From the NCBI GenBank assembly GCA_037189525.1, contig JBBCJC010000001.1, positions 576,001 to 640,000 on the forward strand: a DNA stretch of 64,000 nucleotides, in the 5' to 3' direction. Shown piece after piece: positions 1 through 9,925 of this stretch; within the stretch, counting starts at the first letter, position 1; the number at the start of each line of letters is the position of its first letter. Source of the DNA: Gemmatimonadales bacterium. GTDB lineage: Bacteria; Gemmatimonadota; Gemmatimonadetes; Gemmatimonadales; GWC2-71-9. A model generated the notes under the pieces. The model did not search any database and was not told the origin of the DNA. It worked only from the letters and a program-made list of their open reading frames with translations. Both the position numbers and the translations under genes were made by a program.

Positions 1-1
1 G

Positions 2-967
2 TCGGCCCCCCGGCCGGAAGGGGCTGTCCTGGTTGCCGCGGCCGATGGGCGGATGGCGGGATCGGTGTCGGGCGGATGTATCGAGAACGCGGTGGTTGAG
101 GAGATCCAGCAGGCCATCGCACGCGGCACTCCCAGGCATCTGGAGTATGGGGTGACCCATGAGCGGGCCTGGGAATTCGGCCTGTCCTGCGGGGGAACCA
201 TCTCGATGTGGGTCGAGCCCGAGCTACGGCCGGAGATCCTGCAAGCCGCGCAAGACACCGAAGGCAGTGTCGTCGCCACGGTCATCGGCGGACCCGGCCA
301 GGGTGGCAGCCTGACCTACCACGAATCGGGAAAGCGGGAGTTGCGCGGTCTCGAGTCCGGGGTGGCCGAGTTGATTGCTGCGGGCGCTGCGTATGCGCTC
401 AAGAAGCTGTCGGCGTCGAGCGAAACGATCCCGACCCCGGCCGGTGAGATCACGGTGCTGTACGAAGTGTTTCCGCGCCAGCCGACCCTGCTCGTGTTCG
501 GCGGGGTGCACATTGCGATGGCGCTGGTCAAGCTCGCCAAGCCGCTGGGGTATCGGACTATCGTCGCGGATGGGCGCGAGGCGTTCCTGACGCCGGAGCG
601 TTTTCCGGATGCCGACCGCCTGATCGTCGGCTGGCCTGAACGGGTCTTTCAGGAAGTCGGCATCGACTCGGCCACCTGTATCTGTCTCCTGACGCACGAC
701 CCCAAATTCGACGATCCGGCCATCGAGGCCGCGCTTCGCTCCGACGCGGCGTATATTGGCGTGATCGGGTCGCGAAAGACCCAGCAGCTTCGGCGCGAGC
801 GGCTCGCCGCCGCCGGTTTCAGCCCCGAGGAGATTGCCCGGATCCACGGGCCGATCGGTCTCGACCTGGGCGGCCGTGAGCCAGCGGACATCGCCCTCGG
901 TATCCTGGCCGAGATTACGGCCACTCGCTTCGGTGGCAAAGTGGGACGCAAACCGGCACCCGTATGA
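2..967 (+). CDS. xdhC: XdhC/CoxI family xanthine dehydrogenase accessory protein (5' partial)
   Basis: Frame is open from the window edge (SAPRPEGA...); motifs GSVSGGCIE, GLSCGG, THDPKFD, YIGVIGSRK, GPIGLDLG. Confidence 0.9.
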   Translation, partial: SAPRPEGAVLVAAADGRMAGSVSGGCIENAVVEEIQQAIARGTPRHLEYGVTHERAWEFGLSCGGTISMWVEPELRPEILQAAQDTEGSVVATVIGGPGQGGSLTYHESGKRELRGLESGVAELIAAGAAYALKKLSASSETIPTPAGEITVLYEVFPRQPTLLVFGGVHIAMALVKLAKPLGYRTIVADGREAFLTPERFPDADRLIVGWPERVFQEVGIDSATCICLLTHDPKFDDPAIEAALRSDAAYIGVIGSRKTQQLRRERLAAAGFSPEEIARIHGPIGLDLGGREPADIALGILAEITATRFGGKVGRKPAPV

Positions 968-990
968 TTCCAACTCTTCGAGGACTCTCG

Positions 991-2448
991 ATGCGCAGCT
1001 CGACTCGTTCCGCCGTTCTGGCGCTCGCGCTGGCCCTGGGTGGCAGCGCCACCATGGTCGCCCAGCCACTCGCGACGCACCCTCGCGTTCAGGAAGCGAC
1101 CGCCCTGCTCGAGCAGTGGCTCGATGCCGAGCAAGCGTACAAGCGTTTGCCTGGCATCTCGGCGGCCATCATCGTCGACCAGGACGTGCTCTGGAAGGGG
1201 GCGTATGGTTATGCCGACGTGGCGCGTAAGGTTCCGGCAACTCCGACGACGCTTTACAGTATCTGCTCGATTTCGAAGCTGTTCACCAGCGTCGCGTTGA
1301 TGCAGCTGTATGAACAGGGCAAGGTGCGCCTCGACGATCCGGTCGAGAAGCACCTGCCGTGGTTCAAGCTCAAGAGCGACATCCCCGATCAGGCCGCGGT
1401 CACGGTCGAAGGGATCCTGACCCATGCCGCCGGGTTGCCGCGCGAAGCTGCGTACCCGTACTGGAGCGCGCCGTTCGAGTTCCCCACCCGGGAACAGATC
1501 CAGAGCGCGGTCTCGAGCCAGGAGATGCTCTATCGTCCCGAGACGTTCTGGCAGTATTCCAACCTCGGCCTGACCCTGGTGGGTGAGGTGGTGATTGCGG
1601 CTTCGGGCCAGACCTTCGACCAGTATGTTCGTTCCAACATCCTGACGCCGCTGGGCATGACCGACACTCATACCGATATGCCCACCTCCGAGCGCGGCAA
1701 GCGGCTCGCGGTCGGCTACGGCGGCCATCCTCGGAGCGGTGAGCGGGCCATCCTGCCTTTCTACCAGGCCAACGGCATCGCGCCGGCTGCCGGCTTTGCC
1801 TCGACCGTGCTCGACCTGGGCAAATTCGCCTCCTGGCAGTTCCGATTGCTGGAGAAGGGTGGCAGCGAGGTCCTCAAAGCCAACACACTCCGCGAAATGC
1901 AGCGGGTGCACTTCCAGGATCCCGAATCCCAGACGACCTGGGGTCTCGGCTTTTCGGTCAGCCGGACGGATAACAAGGTGTTCGTTGGGCATGGCGGGAG
2001 CTGCCCCGGGTATCGGACCCAACTGACCATGCGGCCCAGCGAGAAAATCGCGGTTGCAACGGGCATCAACGCCATCGACGGCCCCGCGACCCCGCTGGCG
2101 CAGCGCGCGTATTCGCTGATGGCACCCGCGATCCTGGCGGCGCAGAAGGATACCGCGCGGAAGATTCAGGCGGCCGACCGGTCGCTCGATCCGTATATCG
2201 GGACCTATCAGTCGTCGTTCGGGGGCGAGGTGTCGGTGATCCGGTGGGAGGGCGGCCTGGCATCGATCTTCCTGCCCAGCGAGAACCCCGCGCGGGCGAT
2301 CACCAAGTATCGCAAGGTCGGTGAGCACACGTTCAAGCGGATTCGCGAAGACGGCGAGCTTGCCGAGGCGACGACGTTCGAGTTCGATGCCAATGGCCGA
2401 GTCGTTCGGATGCGGAGCAACTACAACATCATGCCCCGGATCCGATAG
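991..2448 (+). CDS. Secreted serine hydrolase, beta-lactamase (class C-like) family, with C-terminal DUF3471-like domain
   Basis: Signal peptide; SxxK (SISK), LTHAAGL, YSN, GHGG; ATG at 991 after AGGAC. Confidence 0.85.
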   Translation: MRSSTRSAVLALALALGGSATMVAQPLATHPRVQEATALLEQWLDAEQAYKRLPGISAAIIVDQDVLWKGAYGYADVARKVPATPTTLYSICSISKLFTSVALMQLYEQGKVRLDDPVEKHLPWFKLKSDIPDQAAVTVEGILTHAAGLPREAAYPYWSAPFEFPTREQIQSAVSSQEMLYRPETFWQYSNLGLTLVGEVVIAASGQTFDQYVRSNILTPLGMTDTHTDMPTSERGKRLAVGYGGHPRSGERAILPFYQANGIAPAAGFASTVLDLGKFASWQFRLLEKGGSEVLKANTLREMQRVHFQDPESQTTWGLGFSVSRTDNKVFVGHGGSCPGYRTQLTMRPSEKIAVATGINAIDGPATPLAQRAYSLMAPAILAAQKDTARKIQAADRSLDPYIGTYQSSFGGEVSVIRWEGGLASIFLPSENPARAITKYRKVGEHTFKRIREDGELAEATTFEFDANGRVVRMRSNYNIMPRIR

Positions 2449-2458
2449 AAGATTCTCC

Positions 2459-2514
2459 GGCAAACCGCGAGCGCGCCCGACGTCGATCTGACCCCGGCGG
2501 GCTCGCGGTTTGCC
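2459..2514. repeat. Inverted repeat / stem-loop downstream of the serine hydrolase
   Basis: GGCAAACCGCGAGC (2459-2472) is the exact reverse complement of GCTCGCGGTTTGCC (2501-2514); 4 more bp pair inside after one mismatch. Confidence 0.7.
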
Positions 2515-2563
2515 ACCCTCGACTATGCCACCAGCTTTCGAGCAGGATCTGCCTGGAGGTTCC

Positions 2564-2784
2564 ATGATCCGAGAACCCTCGAAGCCAAACTGCTACAGTT
2601 GCCGTCCGAGGAACGGGCACATCTCGCCCGAGTGTTGCTCGAGAGCCTGGATGACCAGCCGGAGCTCGATCCGGCGTGGTTCGAGGAAGCTGAATGACGC
2701 GCCGCAGAACTAGCAGCTGGAGCCGTGAAGTCGATACCTGCCGAAGATGCACTGGCCAACGCACGTCGCCGCTTACTCGGATGA
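2564..2784 (+). pseudogene. Addiction-module antitoxin (TIGR02574-like), frameshifted and with internal stop
   Basis: GGAGG then ATG at 2564; a shifted frame from 2575 reads TLEAKLLQLPSEERAHLARVLLESLDD..AWFEEAE*RAAELAAGAVKSIPAEDALANARRRL, with in-frame TGA at 2695-2697. Confidence 0.75.
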
Positions 2785-2981
2785 CAGTCGAGTTCCATCC
2801 TCTTGCGGATCAGGAACTGACGGAGGCGGCGGAGCGACCGTTCTCCACTACCATCCGACGTCTCCCGGTTCGGCGTTTTCCCTACAGCTTGATTTATCGG
2901 TTCGAAACAGGTCTTCTCCAAGTTCTAGCTATCGCCCACCATCGAATGCGCCCGAAGTATTGGGTGGAACGGATTCGCTGA
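2781..2981 (+). pseudogene. RelE/ParE family toxin with internal deletion
   Basis: ATGA overlap with the antitoxin stop; N-terminal VEFHPLADQEL and C-terminal RRFPYSLIY..VLAIAHHRMRPKYW are ParE-like, but the product is only 66 aa and lacks the central segment. Confidence 0.7.
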
Positions 2982-3040
2982 GCAGCGGTATAACAGAGTC
3001 GTTAGAGAGCGCGCCAGTATTGAATTGCAGGGAGGTTCGT

Positions 3041-3364
3041 ATGCGGCTCCTTCCCCTTGTCGTCCTCGTTCTCATCGGATGTGGTCCCGCGACCCAAGGT
3101 ATTCGCCTCACGCCGCCGGCAGCGACGTCTGGAGAACCGCCCATTCTCCTGTTCAGTGCCACGCAGCCACGCTGCCCCTTCCAGGATGTGGGGATCATCA
3201 CCTCCCAGCCGCAAGACTTCACATCGGAACCCCTAGTGCTCGAAGGGCTCCGCAGAGAAGCACGCCGTCTTGGAGGCGACGCGGTCGTCCACGTCAGGTT
3301 TGTCGGGGAAGGAATCTTGAGCGGCACGGTTGTCCGGTTTACGTCCGCGGACTGCAAGGAGTAA
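3041..3364 (+). CDS. Small lipoprotein, hypothetical
   Basis: GGAGG RBS, lipobox LIGC, LRREARRLGGDAVV motif. Confidence 0.7.
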   Translation: MRLLPLVVLVLIGCGPATQGIRLTPPAATSGEPPILLFSATQPRCPFQDVGIITSQPQDFTSEPLVLEGLRREARRLGGDAVVHVRFVGEGILSGTVVRFTSADCKE

Positions 3365-3467
3365 GTCCTATCAGGGGCCTAGGTGTGCCGACCGGCTGCG
3401 GGGTGAACGAGTGAATATTGGCGCGCTTCGTTTTGCGGAGTCGCAGTTGCGGTGTGATGGCGGTTCT

Positions 3468-4010
3468 TTAGCGTCGACTACGCGCGGAACCAGTCTCCGG
3501 CCACAAGAGTTCCAGCGTCTCACCAACCGGCAACCGCTGCCATAACTTCAGCATACGTCTCCATCCCGTGCACGCCGCTGCGATCTCCGCGTCGGTGAAG
3601 TGTCGTGCCTGTTGCCCTGGAGGCATCCAGATATAGCGTCGAAGACGGTAGAGGAGTTCCGGCGACTCTGGACCGAGCCCCTCTTCGAGTGCCTGGTTGA
3701 AGAGACCGACCAGGATCTCGGTTTCGGTGAGCTGGTCCTTGTTGGCCTTCAATACTTGCTTCGAGCGTTCCGCGGCTCGCGGTCGGCGGCGCCCGCTCAC
3801 GTGCGTCAGGCTACCGAACACCGCACCGTCGGCAACACTCCCCCAGAATCCTCGGCGAATTCCCAAGCCTCGTTCGATTGCGAAATGGGCGAGATCGTGC
3901 GGAATGGCGGCCATATGGCCCACGCCCTTCACATGATACGTTACCCCGTCCGAACGGGTGATCACGGTTTCGTATCGCCGCTCGTCGAGCCGTGTCAGGC
4001 GCAGTCGCAC
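3468..4010 (-). CDS. Hypothetical protein
   Basis: Protein-like ORF with PHDLAHFAIE..GFWG motif; GTG start after AAGGA (start uncertain). Confidence 0.65.
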   Translation of the reverse strand: MRLRLTRLDERRYETVITRSDGVTYHVKGVGHMAAIPHDLAHFAIERGLGIRRGFWGSVADGAVFGSLTHVSGRRRPRAAERSKQVLKANKDQLTETEILVGLFNQALEEGLGPESPELLYRLRRYIWMPPGQQARHFTDAEIAAACTGWRRMLKLWQRLPVGETLELLWPETGSARSRR

Positions 4011-4320
4011 AGTTCGGTTTCCTTCCAAACACCACCCGGGAAGATTTCCTGCACGAACTCACGGTGCAAGGAGGTCGGGAATGGCGCTTCGATTGCGCCA
4101 CCTCCATCGGTAAGTCCGCGCCCTGCGAATGCGCCTCGATCATTTCTGACCGCCTCATGGATCGCGAAACCAACGGGAGACTGGCGGAACCCAATATGAG
4201 AAACCGCAGCAAGGCTGCTGCGTCATCGTCGACGATCTGAGACGGCCTGAAAGTGACTTCACCCCCAAAACCCGGTTACCTCACCCGATCCGGCGAGGTA
4301 GGCCCGGGCGCCGGGGTCCG

Positions 4321-5232
4321 CTAGCGGATCCTGACCCCCAGGCGGTGAACGGTGCCGCCCCCGCGTGTCGGCTCGAAAGCATAGTCCAGGGAGAATCGGT
4401 CGAGCCCGAAGGTACCGCCGACCACGATGGGCGAAAGAGCGGGCCTCTGACTACCGTCGAGCACGCGCCGCCCGCTGACCCGCACGGCGGCCGTCCACCC
4501 AGCAACCGGCTCGTATATCAACTCGGCAGCTGCGGACGGGACGATCTCCCCCTCGCCTTCGCGGGCAACCGTACCGTACAGCTGGGCATCGAAGTAATCC
4601 CCGAGGAAGAGGCGTCGCGATGCGGCACCCAGGGCAATCCGGGTGGGGAGCTCGAGGCGGTAGTACCGGACATCGATCGTACTGCCCAGATTCTGCGCGA
4701 CGAGTCCCAGCGACAGCGGACCGACGTTCCGTCCCACGCCGAGATCGATGGCTGCAACGCCGGCAGCACCCTCAATCCGCTCCTCGACGTACTTGAGCGA
4801 TGTCCCGACCCGAAACCCGAACACGGTCAGGGCAGCCGTCACACCGGCCGTCAGGCTCTGCACCGTCGACGCGTCGCCCTCCGTCGTCAGCGCGGCAAGT
4901 GACACCGGCGGCAACTCGGCCCGATACGTCACCCGCTGGCCGAAAACTCCAACCGAAAGTCCGCCGAGGGCCGTAGTCGACGCGAGGGATGCCGCCGAGC
5001 TGGTACTCCCGTACCGGGCGTAGCCTGCGAAGAGCCCGCGTTCCAGACCGATCTGGCTCGGATTGGCAAATACGACATCAGGCCCCCGCCCGCCCGAAAA
5101 GGCGCCGCCGAGCCCGGCGATACGGGCACTGGCGGCGCCGCTCAGAGAGTGCGGGCCGCGCTGCTGAGCCGCAAGCTGCGCCGATGCAAGCGCCATGACT
5201 GCAAGACCGGTGAGAAGGATCTGCCGACTCAT
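4321..5232 (-). CDS. Outer-membrane beta-barrel protein (PorV/FadL-like)
   Basis: Signal peptide, SAR..GLGGA and FANP motifs, alternating beta-strands, LDYAF and terminal HRLGVRIR; ATGA-coupled to the upstream gene. Confidence 0.7.
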   Translation of the reverse strand: MSRQILLTGLAVMALASAQLAAQQRGPHSLSGAASARIAGLGGAFSGGRGPDVVFANPSQIGLERGLFAGYARYGSTSSAASLASTTALGGLSVGVFGQRVTYRAELPPVSLAALTTEGDASTVQSLTAGVTAALTVFGFRVGTSLKYVEERIEGAAGVAAIDLGVGRNVGPLSLGLVAQNLGSTIDVRYYRLELPTRIALGAASRRLFLGDYFDAQLYGTVAREGEGEIVPSAAAELIYEPVAGWTAAVRVSGRRVLDGSQRPALSPIVVGGTFGLDRFSLDYAFEPTRGGGTVHRLGVRIR

Positions 5233-7154
5233 CGCGCGCCTCCGAAGAAAGCCGGATCCATATCGCTCAGACCCACGTCCGATAGAACCACGGTACCCGC
5301 CACGGTCCGGTCGAACAGCCATCGCACCTCGCGAAGCGTGGCGGGATCGAACCGCGCGTCGGCCGCCACAAAGTCGGAGAGACGAATAGCGTACGTCTGC
5401 AGAATGAGCTCCGTAAGCGCGCCGAAGCTCCGCTTGTCGGCCCCCTTGCGACGAAGCACGGTCAATTCGGGCGGCTTCCGGATCGCACCATAGCGGGAAA
5501 GCGGCAGGCTCACCGCAGTCCCGTTGCCGTCGACGGCGACGATGGATAGATCGACCGGTGTCGAGTCAGGCTTGGCCTTGGGCGGCTTCGGCGCCGGCTT
5601 GGCAGGCTTCGCTGTCTTGGCCGCCGAATCGCTCTTGGTGGTGTCTTTCGCGGCCTTGCGCGGTCCCGGCGTCTCGTCGATCGGCGAGAGCGAAAACACC
5701 AGCGCAGTGGCTCCGCGTACCTGCCAGGCACGGCGCACCGAATCCGGAACGATGATCGTGTAGGAAGCGGGCCGCCCACGTTTCGTGGTATCGTCGCCCG
5801 CGATCCGGTTGTTCCAGCCCAGCCAGACCGCGCCGAAATCCTGCCAGTTGTTCCGCCAGCGGAGCGGTACTTTCGATTCGCGCCAGACGGCCAGGCTGTC
5901 ATCAGTGATACGCACCGAGCTGATGGCGCCCGTCGTCACGTCGATGTCTTCGGTATAGCGCGCGAGCGGGCGGAAGCCACTCTCCTCGAATCGGGTCCAG
6001 TACATCGTCTTGGGCCACCAATCCGCCGCGACACGATGATCGCGAAAGAGCGGGAGATACTCATGCCGGCCTCGGAGGGATGTCTCCAGAAACGCGGTGA
6101 TGGCCACCCGCGCGAACTCGCGCTGCGACTCCGGGTCGATCAGGCCGCGCAGGTCGAGATAGCGGGGACTCAGGCGGCCGCTGTCTTTGTCGCCCCACCC
6201 CGTATTCCACTGGCCGTGATTGGCCCGGTACATCCAGATGGCGCTCTTGAACCAGGGCTTTCCATCGGTAAACGCGATCCGCTGATATTGACGTAAACCC
6301 GAGAACGCGGAAACGTCACCGTCGTGTGAGCCGTGGATGACGAGGTAGTTGAGGTTCTCGAGCGGCGTGGGCCGGCGAGACGGCTCATACTGTCCGTCGA
6401 TCGGCGCAATCGCCACCAGGCCTTTGATCGCGAAGCCGAAGTTGAACTTGACGGTGGCATCGTCCGGATAGTGGCTCAACCGGTTGAACGCTCCCGCCAC
6501 AGCCACGGCCTCGCCACCTCGGCTGTGGCCCATCAGTGCGATGTTGCCGAGATCGACCTTGCCGCGGAGCGGGCCTTCGGTGGAATCATTGAAACGGCGC
6601 CACTGCTCCAGATGCTTGAGCAACATCCAGCCGCGAGCGTCGTTTTCGCTGTTCATCCAACCGTTCAGGAAATTCTGGTCGACGGAAGCCAGAATGAATC
6701 CGCGGCTGGCAAGATGGCGACCCAGATACTCATAACCCGGATCGGAGTAATCATCCATCTGATGGTTACCGTGCACGATGAGCACGAGCGGGTAAGGACC
6801 GGGTCCGTCCGGATACCAGACGCGGCCGTTGATGGGCAGCGAGTCAAAGCCGAAGCCCCAGAACTTCTTGCGGACCTTGCCCTGATCTTTGTTCGGCGGA
6901 CCTGCGAGCTTGGTGCCGTCGACGACCGGGGTGCGATAGGTCACCGAGTCCCGATATTCGGCGCGGCGCTTGTCCTTACCACTGCCGTAATAAAGCGACC
7001 GTACCGCCAGCGTGCCGGCCAGCGCGGGATTGGGCGCCGCGAGCTCCTGCCGCACCAAAACGGTTGGCGCATCATTCGTCGCCAGGCGAAGCGGCTGAAT
7101 GCACCCGGCGATCGAGGCGGCCAACGCCGCCCCGGCCACCCATCGACCGATCAT
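5229..7154 (-). CDS. Alpha/beta hydrolase lipoprotein
   Basis: Lipobox IAGC; PLVLIVHGNH, nucleophile elbow GHSRGG, HGSHDGDV, ANHGQWN. Confidence 0.8.
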   Translation of the reverse strand: MIGRWVAGAALAASIAGCIQPLRLATNDAPTVLVRQELAAPNPALAGTLAVRSLYYGSGKDKRRAEYRDSVTYRTPVVDGTKLAGPPNKDQGKVRKKFWGFGFDSLPINGRVWYPDGPGPYPLVLIVHGNHQMDDYSDPGYEYLGRHLASRGFILASVDQNFLNGWMNSENDARGWMLLKHLEQWRRFNDSTEGPLRGKVDLGNIALMGHSRGGEAVAVAGAFNRLSHYPDDATVKFNFGFAIKGLVAIAPIDGQYEPSRRPTPLENLNYLVIHGSHDGDVSAFSGLRQYQRIAFTDGKPWFKSAIWMYRANHGQWNTGWGDKDSGRLSPRYLDLRGLIDPESQREFARVAITAFLETSLRGRHEYLPLFRDHRVAADWWPKTMYWTRFEESGFRPLARYTEDIDVTTGAISSVRITDDSLAVWRESKVPLRWRNNWQDFGAVWLGWNNRIAGDDTTKRGRPASYTIIVPDSVRRAWQVRGATALVFSLSPIDETPGPRKAAKDTTKSDSAAKTAKPAKPAPKPPKAKPDSTPVDLSIVAVDGNGTAVSLPLSRYGAIRKPPELTVLRRKGADKRSFGALTELILQTYAIRLSDFVAADARFDPATLREVRWLFDRTVAGTVVLSDVGLSDMDPAFFGGAR

Positions 7155-7256
7155 AGCATGCCTCAAGGAACAGGGGGATAAGAGTTAGACACCCCGAACC
7201 GCCGGTACGTTGCGTCCTACCCGTTACCCAGACCGCCAGTTCCTCGAGCGGGTCGT

Positions 7257-7865
7257 CTACTTCTGGCGCGCGGCAAGAGCGCGGCGGACGTCGTCGAGCG
7301 ACGCGCCCACGGCTCGAAGGGCGACCAGCGTATGGTACACCAGATCGGCGGCCTCATCGACCGCACGCTCCCGATCGCCGTCGGCACAGGCAACGGCCAG
7401 CTCAGTCGCTTCCTCTCCCAGCTTCTTGAGGCGGAGGTTCCGATCCGCCAGCAGCTTGGTCGTATAGCCCGACCCCAGTTCGGCATTATCCGCCGCCCGA
7501 CTGGCAATGATGCCATCCAGCCGGCTCAAGACGTCCGCCGAGTCGGCGGCGTCACCAAAACACGAGACGGCCCCGGTATGACAGGCCGGCCCCGCGGGAA
7601 GAACCTGTGCCAGGACGGTATCCGCATCGCAGTCGGTCGTGAGACGCACCAGCCGCTGGGTGTTGCCGCTGGTGGCGCCCTTGTGCCAGAGCCCGCGCGT
7701 CCGCGACCGATAATGCATCTCACCAGTCGCCATCGTACGCTCCAGTGCCTCACGGTCGGCATGAGCCACCATCAGAATGCGGCCGGATACCACATCCTGC
7801 GTAACGACCGTCACCAGGCCGTTGCCCTTACTGAAATCGAGCCGGTCGAGATCGGAAGCCGTCAT
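7257..7865 (-). CDS. hisIE: Bifunctional phosphoribosyl-AMP cyclohydrolase / phosphoribosyl-ATP pyrophosphatase
   Basis: SRTR..LWHKGATSGN, DCDAD, GPACHTG, KKLGEEATE, EAADLVYH. Confidence 0.95.
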   Translation of the reverse strand: MTASDLDRLDFSKGNGLVTVVTQDVVSGRILMVAHADREALERTMATGEMHYRSRTRGLWHKGATSGNTQRLVRLTTDCDADTVLAQVLPAGPACHTGAVSCFGDAADSADVLSRLDGIIASRAADNAELGSGYTTKLLADRNLRLKKLGEEATELAVACADGDRERAVDEAADLVYHTLVALRAVGASLDDVRRALAARQK

Positions 7866-8638
7866 CGTTCATCCTCACCAAGCAGTTGACGAACGGTCCG
7901 ATCGAGCGCCGCGTTCGTTGCAATCGAATCACCTCCGAACCCGGTGCGCCGGCCGCGCCAATCGGTAAACACACCGCCCGCTTCCTCGATGATGGGCAGC
8001 AAGCAGGCCGAATCCCACGAGTTCATCTTGTCGTCGACCATCACATCGGCTCGACCGCTGGCCACCAGCAGGTAGCCGAAGCAGTCTCCCCAGGTGCGGA
8101 CGACCCTTGCCTGCGCAGCCAGCTGCTGCCACGCGCCCCGGCGCCGCTCATTGTCCGGATACCGCTCGTCGGTGGTGAGCACGACGGCCTGATCGAGCGA
8201 CGCCCGCTCGGATACCCGGCAACGCGAGCCGTTGAGCCAGGCCCCCTCGCCTCTCGCCGCCGCAACCAACTCGCCGGCTGCTGCGCAGTTGATCGCGCCG
8301 GCCAGGACATCTTCTCCTTCGACCACCGCCACCAGCGTACCCCAGAGCGGAACACCGGCCACGAAGCTCTTGGTCCCGTCGATCGGGTCGAGAATCCAGC
8401 GCCGCCCCGAAGCGTTACCCGACAAGCCGAACTCCTCGCCCAGAACGGCATCGTTCGGGAAACGCTTCAGGATCCAGGCGCGCGCAGCTTCCTCCGCTGT
8501 CCGATCCGCAACGGTGACCGGACTACCGTCCGCCTTCCATTCCACCGCGACCCCGGTGCCGTAGTAACTCTGTGCCACGGCCCCCGCTCGGCGCGCAACG
8601 TCGGTGACCGCCTCCAGCAGTTCTTGCATCGCGTTCAT
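7862..8638 (-). CDS. hisN: Histidinol-phosphate phosphatase, inositol monophosphatase family
   Basis: KADGSPVTVAD, GEE, WILDPIDGTKSF, WGDCFGY, WD; lies inside a his operon with monofunctional HisB. Confidence 0.85.
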   Translation of the reverse strand: MNAMQELLEAVTDVARRAGAVAQSYYGTGVAVEWKADGSPVTVADRTAEEAARAWILKRFPNDAVLGEEFGLSGNASGRRWILDPIDGTKSFVAGVPLWGTLVAVVEGEDVLAGAINCAAAGELVAAARGEGAWLNGSRCRVSERASLDQAVVLTTDERYPDNERRRGAWQQLAAQARVVRTWGDCFGYLLVASGRADVMVDDKMNSWDSACLLPIIEEAGGVFTDWRGRRTGFGGDSIATNAALDRTVRQLLGEDER

Positions 8639-8639
8639 T

Positions 8640-9398
8640 TCAGGTTCTCCTGGTGTCGATGCCGGCCGCAATCATCGCCGCCTTGAGTTGGCCTACGGTG
8701 GTGACGCCGTCGTGAAGGATGCCCGCGACCAGGGTCGCGCTCGCGTCGGCCCGGGTAAACGCATCGACGACGTGGGCCGCCGAGCCTGCTCCACCCGAGG
8801 CAATGACCGGAACGTCGACGGCACGCGCGATGGCGCCGGTCAGCGCCAGATCGTACCCGGTGCGCACCCCGTCGCGATCGATACTGGTCACCAGCAATTC
8901 CCCCGCACCGCGCCGCACGACTTCCTCCGCCCACGCCACGGCATCGAGCCCGGTCGGCTGACGCCCCCCTTTGGTGAAGACGCGCCAGGTCGAGCCGTCC
9001 CAGGCGGCGTCGATACTGACGACCACACACTGCGCACCGAAACGATCGGATGCAGCATGAATCACCTCGGGATGCTCGACCGCGGCCGTGTTGAGTCCGA
9101 CTTTGTCGGCGCCGGCCCGGAGCGCCTTCCCGACATCCTCCGCCGTCCGCACCCCGCCACCGATGGTCAGCGGTATGAAGAGCCGCTCGGCCGTCGCGCG
9201 CGCCAGATCCCACAAGGTCGCTCGCCCTTCGTGCGAGGCGGAGATGTCGAGGTAGACGATTTCGTCGGCCCCCTCATCTTCATAGCGGCTGGCTAGCTCG
9301 ACGGGGTCACCCAGATCTCGCAGATCCTTGAAGTGGACACCTTTGACCACCCGACCGTCCTGGACATCGAGACAGACGATCAGCCGCTTGGTGATCAT
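8640..9398 (-). CDS. hisF: Imidazole glycerol phosphate synthase cyclase subunit
   Basis: CLDV..GRVVKG, GADE..YLDISAS, GGGVR, SIDRDG, IASGGAG. Confidence 0.97.
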   Translation of the reverse strand: MITKRLIVCLDVQDGRVVKGVHFKDLRDLGDPVELASRYEDEGADEIVYLDISASHEGRATLWDLARATAERLFIPLTIGGGVRTAEDVGKALRAGADKVGLNTAAVEHPEVIHAASDRFGAQCVVVSIDAAWDGSTWRVFTKGGRQPTGLDAVAWAEEVVRRGAGELLVTSIDRDGVRTGYDLALTGAIARAVDVPVIASGGAGSAAHVVDAFTRADASATLVAGILHDGVTTVGQLKAAMIAAGIDTRRT

Positions 9399-9925
9399 CG
9401 CTCCACCCGAACCACGCCCTTGGTCGATGCGATCTCGTCAGTCGACTGCACCGCTTGCTTGACGGCCATGCCCAACGCTTTGAAGCCGGCCTCGACGATG
9501 TGGTGCCGATCCTGACCGCGGTGCACCAGGAGGTGAACGGTCGCCTGCGCGTTGTCCGCAAAGGATCGCATCCAGTGATCGTAGAGACTGCTCGGCAGCG
9601 GCCCCTCATAGTACGGCCGACCGCCCAGGTCGAGGACGACTTCAACCACGGCATCATCCATCGGAACCGTCTTCTGCCCGTAACGCACGATCGGCGGCGG
9701 GAACTCCTCACGCACCGCCAGCCCCAACGCAATCGCAGTATCCTCGATCAGATGATGGCGGAGATCACCGGTTGCTTCGAGCGTCAGGCCCAGACCCGCA
9801 TAACGTGCCCAGGTGACGAACATGTGATCGAGAAATGGCACCGTTGTATTGATGACGATCGGTCCGGTCCGCACCAGTTCGAGCCGAATGTTGGTTTCCT
9901 TGGTCTGCCGCGTAATCACACTCAT
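9395..9925 (-). CDS. hisB: Imidazoleglycerol-phosphate dehydratase (monofunctional)
   Basis: RQTKET, FLDHM, HHLIED, PMDD, HHIVEA.FKA. Confidence 0.95.
   Translation of the reverse strand: MSVITRQTKETNIRLELVRTGPIVINTTVPFLDHMFVTWARYAGLGLTLEATGDLRHHLIEDTAIALGLAVREEFPPPIVRYGQKTVPMDDAVVEVVLDLGGRPYYEGPLPSSLYDHWMRSFADNAQATVHLLVHRGQDRHHIVEAGFKALGMAVKQAVQSTDEIASTKGVVRVER

Noticed and set aside
649..2565. Long antisense or alternate-frame ORFs (e.g. 649-2565 minus, 17901-19172 plus, 18865-20271 plus, 53873-55186 plus)
   Set aside because: They are shadows of well-supported genes in high-GC DNA and have no recognisable motifs.
2695..2697. In-frame TGA as selenocysteine or recoding
   Set aside because: The position corresponds to Arg in an E-R-R motif, the gene is also frameshifted, and no SECIS-like context is evident.
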